Assembly: GCA_965214095.1 (NCBI GenBank)
Contig: OZ243938.1
Span: 2,560,001 to 2,624,000 of the forward strand
DNA: 64,000 bases
Reading direction: 5' to 3'
Source: Candidatus Poribacteria bacterium
Lineage (GTDB): Bacteria; Poribacteria; WGA-4E; WGA-3G
The notes under the pieces are model-generated. The model worked only from the letters and a program-made list of their open reading frames with translations. It did no database searches and had not been told where the DNA came from. Positions 59,036-64,000 of the stretch are shown piece by piece. The number at the start of each line of letters is the position of its first letter. The first letter of the stretch is position 1. Both the position numbers and the translations under genes were made by a program.

Positions 59036-60373
59036 ATGCGACACACTTCTGATACACTCTGGTTAGAAATATTGGAAACACTTGGTGAAGCTGCTGTCAA
59101 CGACATCTATCTACGACAAGTTTCCCCTCGTTATCTTGATAAGGAGTCTTTTAAAGTTGCTGTTCCATCTGATTACACGCAAGACGAAATTGAAAATAGA
59201 TTTCTTAGTGACATTACCAAGGTATTAGCGGATCGTATAAGTGCTGAATGTGCGTTTGAGATCGCTGTGGATGCTTCTCTTGCCAAAACCCCTGATGTTG
59301 ATAACTCAGAATCTACACTCAAAGAAACTATCCCTGAACCTACTGGTTTGAATCCGAACTATGTCTTTGACAATTTTTACGTTGGTCAGAGCAATCGGAT
59401 ATGTCATGCAACTGCCTATGCTGCGTCTCAAGACCTTGGCGGTGTGTACAATCCACTTTTTATATACGGCGGTGTAGGGCTCGGAAAAACACATCTCCTT
59501 CATGCTATCGGTAACCTTGTTCAAGCAGAAAATTCAAAACGTAAAGTTCTTTATGTTACATCCGAAACATTTATGAATGAATATATTGATTCAATAATGA
59601 ACCAGACTTCTGCCCAAGGGTTTCGTTCAAAATATCGTACAACCGATCTGCTGCTAATTGATGACATTCAATTTTTACAACGTAAAGAAGGAACACAAGA
59701 GGAATTCTTTAATACTTTTAACGATTTATATCTGAACTCAAACCAGATTGTGATGACAAGTGATCGGTCTCCCAGTATGCTTAAAAATCTTGAAGAAAGA
59801 CTTAGTTCACGTTTTGAATGGGGAATGGTTGCCGAAATTGATAAACCAAATTATGAACTTCGCCTTTATATTCTCCGTCGAAAATGTCAAGACCAAGGTC
59901 TTGATAATATTTCAGACGAAGTGTTGAACTATGTCGCAGAAATAGTCACATCAAACATACGAGAATTGGAGGGGACATTGATAAGTCTAAAAGCACGAGC
60001 ATCCATTCTTGATAAAGAGTTAACAATTGACTTTGCCCGTAGCGTTTTAAAAGATACATCCACACTTACAAGAGACAGGACACTTCGAAAAACTGCTACA
60101 CCAGAAACTATACAAGAACTTGTTGCTGAACATTTTCAATTAACCAATGGTGATTTAACATCGGCAAAACGGACAAAAGATCTAATCTACCCTCGTCAAA
60201 TTGCGATGTATCTTTGTAGGGAACTGACACAACTTTCTTTGACTGATATTGCTGAAGCATTTAATAGACAAAATCATAGAACCATTACTTATGCTTGTGA
60301 ACAGATTGAAGAACTACTTGAAGACGATGAAACAAAAAATGTAATACGACTTTTGACCGATGAATTGACGTAA
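59036..60373 (+). CDS. dnaA: Chromosomal replication initiator DnaA
   Basis: YNPLFIYGGVGLGKTHL, LLIDDIQFL, TQEEFF, RLSSRFEWG, NIRELEG, RQIAMYL. Confidence 0.98.
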   Translation: MRHTSDTLWLEILETLGEAAVNDIYLRQVSPRYLDKESFKVAVPSDYTQDEIENRFLSDITKVLADRISAECAFEIAVDASLAKTPDVDNSESTLKETIPEPTGLNPNYVFDNFYVGQSNRICHATAYAASQDLGGVYNPLFIYGGVGLGKTHLLHAIGNLVQAENSKRKVLYVTSETFMNEYIDSIMNQTSAQGFRSKYRTTDLLLIDDIQFLQRKEGTQEEFFNTFNDLYLNSNQIVMTSDRSPSMLKNLEERLSSRFEWGMVAEIDKPNYELRLYILRRKCQDQGLDNISDEVLNYVAEIVTSNIRELEGTLISLKARASILDKELTIDFARSVLKDTSTLTRDRTLRKTATPETIQELVAEHFQLTNGDLTSAKRTKDLIYPRQIAMYLCRELTQLSLTDIAEAFNRQNHRTITYACEQIEELLEDDETKNVIRLLTDELT

Positions 60374-60399
60374 ATTCAGTTAGAAAAACCTCACCAGTA

Positions 60400-60710
60400 T
60401 GCGATTTATGTCAGTTATTATCAATCTTTGATAATAACTTGATAATAACTGATAATAACTCCCAATCTTTGGTAATAACTTGGTAATAACTTTTCTATTA
60501 AAAACAATGAATTGATAATATGATAATAAGTCTAAATTTATTATCATTTTATTATCAACTACAAATCCACTGCTAAATAGGGTTTAGAGGAGTTATTATC
60601 ATATTATCACTACTACTACTACTACTAAGTACAATTTAAATTGTACTTAATAATATAATTAGTACACTTTGATTATCAGACGTATAATATATTTTAATAT
60701 AAAGCAGAAC
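60400..60710. other. Replication origin oriC with non-canonical boxes (TTATTATCA) and DnaA-trios
   Basis: About 12 copies of TTATTAYCA or its 8-mer core in both orientations; tandem box pair followed by (CTA)6 at 60610-60627; AT-rich region after it; immediately downstream of dnaA. Confidence 0.88.
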
Positions 60711-60751
60711 AAGGAAATAATCTGACAAGATGGAAAGATGGTAATGTTCAG

Positions 60752-61900
60752 ATGTTTATAGAACGTATCTGTTTACGTAATTTTCGGAATTATAAGGAGT
60801 GTGACATAACGTTTCGTTCACCAGTGACTTTAGTTGTTGGAAAGAATGCAATGGGAAAGACAAGTCTCCTTGAATCACTTTATTTTCTCTGCACCGGTGA
60901 ATCACATCGTGCTAATTCTGCTGTTGAATTAATTCGTCATACATCTGAAGGATTTGCTGTTAGTGGTTATTTTCGTAGTGATAAAAGACCAGATACGCTT
61001 ATACGGCTTGATGCTATTAAACCTCGTCAAGGGGCATTTCGTTTGAAAACCGATGGCGTATTGCAACGTAGGCGGTCTGATTGGATAGGCAAATTCAACG
61101 TTGTTGTTTTTTCACCTGAATCTCTGGATATTGTCAAAGGATCACCGACTTCCCGCAGGCGTTGGCTTGACCTATTATTATCACAATTAAATCGTGAATA
61201 TCTGGAAGAACTTACACGTTATCGTGATATTTTGCAGCATCGGAATGCCTTGTTAAAAAAGTTGAGTATAGGAAAAGGGACAGTAAATGAGATTTCTGTT
61301 TGGGATGGGCTTCTCCTTGAGTCTGGAGTAGCGTTGATTGGTGCTCGGCATACTGCGTTAGCAAGGTTAAGCGTTGTTGTAGAAAGGACGCATCTATCTT
61401 TGACTGGGGAACGTGAACGACTATTTTTGAATTATGTTCCAGGTCTTACTTCTTCAAAGGTGGAACTTTCCGAGATTACAAATCTTTCTGACTATTTTCG
61501 TGATGCTTTGGAACAAGCGCGACGGGATGAACTGCGGCGTGGAGTAACGCTCGTTGGACCGCACCGAGATGATTTTATGTTAACTTTGGAAACTATGAAT
61601 GGTTTGCAGGAAACAGCACGCACTTATGCATCCCAAGGGCAGTGTAGAACGATAGCACTTGCCCTAAAACTTGCTGAGTTAGAATTTATCCGAGAGGATA
61701 CCGACGTTTCTCCACTTTTCCTGCTTGACGATGTGTTATCTGAGTTAGATGTGAAAAGACGGGAATATCTATTAGCGTATCTCCAGGATGTATCAGCACA
61801 GACTGTAATAACTGCAACAGATAAGGATGTTATGGGTGATGATCTCACTGATGTTCATCTGTTAGTTGTTGAGGAAGGTGTTATTGTTAACAACGATTAA
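60752..61900 (+). CDS. recF: DNA replication/repair protein RecF
   Basis: NFRNY, GKNAMGKT, GPHRDD, SQGQ, LLDDVLSELD. Confidence 0.96.
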   Translation: MFIERICLRNFRNYKECDITFRSPVTLVVGKNAMGKTSLLESLYFLCTGESHRANSAVELIRHTSEGFAVSGYFRSDKRPDTLIRLDAIKPRQGAFRLKTDGVLQRRRSDWIGKFNVVVFSPESLDIVKGSPTSRRRWLDLLLSQLNREYLEELTRYRDILQHRNALLKKLSIGKGTVNEISVWDGLLLESGVALIGARHTALARLSVVVERTHLSLTGERERLFLNYVPGLTSSKVELSEITNLSDYFRDALEQARRDELRRGVTLVGPHRDDFMLTLETMNGLQETARTYASQGQCRTIALALKLAELEFIREDTDVSPLFLLDDVLSELDVKRREYLLAYLQDVSAQTVITATDKDVMGDDLTDVHLLVVEEGVIVNND

Positions 61901-61945
61901 ATGCTATCTTATAGCAATTTTTGGAGATACCTGGACATAATTAGA

Positions 61946-62530
61946 ATGAGACATCGGAAGTCTAAAAGAAAAAATACTAGCAAATTGCAGGTAAAAAAAC
62001 GAAGCACACGAATACAAAGTGTTGTAGAGACAGTGGTGCGCGAACGAGAGTGGTCTGATAAACTTTATGAGATGAGTGTATTTGATGTATGGGAATCGGT
62101 TGTTGGGGAGGCTATTGCTAGACAGACTGCACCTGTATTGTTGTTAGATGGAGTTTTGCGAGTTGATGTGGCGCATCAAGTATATGCTAATGAGTTGTCC
62201 GTGATGAAAACAGAAATCTTGTCAAAACTTGGTAAGAAACTTGAAGGACTAAATTCATTGGGACGACGGTCTGATCCTAAAGTTAGGATAGTTGATATCC
62301 GTTTTCGACTGAATCCACAAATCTCTAAGGTGAAAAATTGTGGATATGGAACTAAACTTGAAACAAGTCAACAAAAGAGTGATGACATTCAAAGGAATAT
62401 CAAATCCATTTCTCCAGAGTTGTTGGATCGGATTGATGCTGCGGTCTCAGTCGTAAATGATTATGCTCTACGAGAGGCATTAAAGACACTTTTTCTGACA
62501 CAGTGTAGTGATATGGAATTTGTTGAATAA
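61946..62530 (+). CDS. dciA: DciA (DUF721) family protein
   Basis: WESVVGEAIARQTAP....GVLRVDV....ANEL; located between recF and gyrB. Start uncertain (61901 or 61946). Confidence 0.75.
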   Translation: MRHRKSKRKNTSKLQVKKRSTRIQSVVETVVREREWSDKLYEMSVFDVWESVVGEAIARQTAPVLLLDGVLRVDVAHQVYANELSVMKTEILSKLGKKLEGLNSLGRRSDPKVRIVDIRFRLNPQISKVKNCGYGTKLETSQQKSDDIQRNIKSISPELLDRIDAAVSVVNDYALREALKTLFLTQCSDMEFVE

Positions 62531-62968
62531 TGAATATTTATCCAACCGAAGAAATATTTAAAATTTTCACAAAATAGATAAAAAATAGGTTGCGATCATA
62601 AGGTGATTTATGCTATACTAGGTATAGCATATATGAATTTTAAATATAAAACCTAACAGATTTTTTCTCACTATATTTTGATAGGAGAAAGTCTATAAAT
62701 AAATTAGTGTCTTATAACAGGTCGTTAAAAAATAATATTAATTAAATTAATGCTTTTTGTAGGATAAGTTGAACATATCATACCTTAAAACTAACAAAAC
62801 ACCTATCAGAAACTTGGTTGATGAACACTGTATAATATTCCCCGCTATTCATCCTAAATTTAGCTCATTTCATACTTGTAATTGGTGTGACTAGTAACGA
62901 TAATAATAAACAGGATGGTTTCGGTAATGTCATGTTAACCGGCAACCATAAATGAGGATTTATATATA

Positions 62969-64000
62969 ATGTCAAATGACTACAATGAGAAATCTATTCA
63001 AATATTGGAAGGCTTGGAAGCTGTCCGTAAACGTCCAGGCATGTACATCGGGAGTACTGGCACTGCCGGGTTACATCATCTTGTCATGGAACTCGTTGAT
63101 AACTCTATAGATGAGTTTGGGGCAGGTCATGGATCAGATATTAGAATATTGCTCAATGCTGATGGGAGTGTCACTGTTTCGGATGATGGTCGCGGTATTC
63201 CTGTTGGAAAACATCAATCAGGGGTATCGGCACTTGAGGTAGTGATGACAACACTTCATGCGGGTGGAAAATTTGATGGTCGTGCCGATGTCGGTTATCA
63301 AACTGCTGGTGGTTTACATGGTGTAGGAGCTTCATGTGTGAATGCACTTTCGGAATGGCTGCGTGTGCGAGTTGCACAGGATGGTAAACTATATGAACAG
63401 CAATATAAACGTGGCATACCAGTGAAAGATGTAGCGGCAATCGGAGAAACCAAGAAAAGTGGAACAGAAACAACGTTTATGCCTGACCATGAAATTTTTG
63501 ATACGCTTGACTTTCAGGCGGAAACCTTGAAGGGACGTCTACGTGAACTGGCATATCTCAACCGCGGAGTCTGTATCCGATTTAAAGACCTTAGGACAGG
63601 AAAAACAGAAGATAATCAGGATACTGCAGCGGAAGTCGTTTATCATTATGAGGGTGGGATTGTTTCGTTTGTTACTTATCAGAATGAGAATAAGGATGTA
63701 TACCATGCTACCCCGATATACTTAGAAGGAACAATAGACGGTGTTCGGGTTGAAATTGCTATTCAATATAATACAAATATTCCAGAGCATATCTTTTCTT
63801 ATGCGAATAACATCCGAACGTCTGAAGGAGGTTTTCATGAGAGCGGTTTCAAAAGTGCTTTGACGCGGACATTCAATGCGTATAGTAAGGATAATGGGTT
63901 GTTAAAGGGTGAAAAAATTACACCAAAAGGCGAGGATATACGCGAGGGGATTACGGCTGTTCTCAACATCAAGGTTCCCGAACCACAGTTTGAAGGGCAA
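62969..64000 (+). CDS. gyrB: DNA gyrase subunit B (runs off the window)
   Basis: MSNDYNEKSIQILEGLEAVRKRPGMYIGSTG, ELVDNSIDE, DDGRGIP, LHAGGKF, GGLHGVG. Confidence 0.95.
   Translation, partial: MSNDYNEKSIQILEGLEAVRKRPGMYIGSTGTAGLHHLVMELVDNSIDEFGAGHGSDIRILLNADGSVTVSDDGRGIPVGKHQSGVSALEVVMTTLHAGGKFDGRADVGYQTAGGLHGVGASCVNALSEWLRVRVAQDGKLYEQQYKRGIPVKDVAAIGETKKSGTETTFMPDHEIFDTLDFQAETLKGRLRELAYLNRGVCIRFKDLRTGKTEDNQDTAAEVVYHYEGGIVSFVTYQNENKDVYHATPIYLEGTIDGVRVEIAIQYNTNIPEHIFSYANNIRTSEGGFHESGFKSALTRTFNAYSKDNGLLKGEKITPKGEDIREGITAVLNIKVPEPQFEGQ

Noticed and set aside
60410-60630. Short direct repeats as a possible CRISPR array
   Set aside because: Units are 9-11 bp, occur in both orientations and have no unique spacers. 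The position after dnaA and the trio run indicate oriC.
114-63725. Numerous short ORFs overlapping long genes (e.g. 14284-14940, 50173-50754, 52874-53638, 28381-28767)
   Set aside because: Antisense or off-frame shadows of well-supported CDSs or tRNAs, with no motifs of their own.

Overview
Bacterial chromosomal window of roughly 40% GC (estimated by eye), most likely from a Candidatus Poribacteria-like organism. That assignment is inferred from the WD40-cohesin-dockerin proteins, LamG-like proteins ending in a 'VEPxGKLATxWGxIK'-type tail, a PhyH-HEAT protein and a CotH-ankyrin protein. The window contains: a cluster of secreted WD40 proteins; a divergent ~2150-aa SprA-like outer-membrane barrel; a tandem family of small membrane proteins; mutS2-dnaG-(mini sigma)-rpoD with tRNA-Ile(CAT) and tRNA-Val(CAC); tRNA-Gly(CCC); two toxin-antitoxin loci; an IS200/IS605 IsrB-omegaRNA element; uvrA; purE; and the origin region dnaA-oriC-recF-dciA-gyrB, which lacks dnaN. 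Strongest observations: (1) oriC is built from a non-canonical 9-mer, TTATTATCA, placed next to CTA trios exactly where DnaA boxes should sit, and DnaA has matching substitutions in its recognition helix; (2) the IsrB element's empty site, TAM and guide can be reconstructed; (3) a SprA-like translocon co-occurs with a short conserved C-terminal tail on secreted proteins; (4) a sigma-70 copy with region 2 only lies between dnaG and rpoD; (5) several MITE families each carry a GTAG-REP hairpin, one of them nested inside another. All calls come from reading the sequence and recognising motifs; no database search was run.
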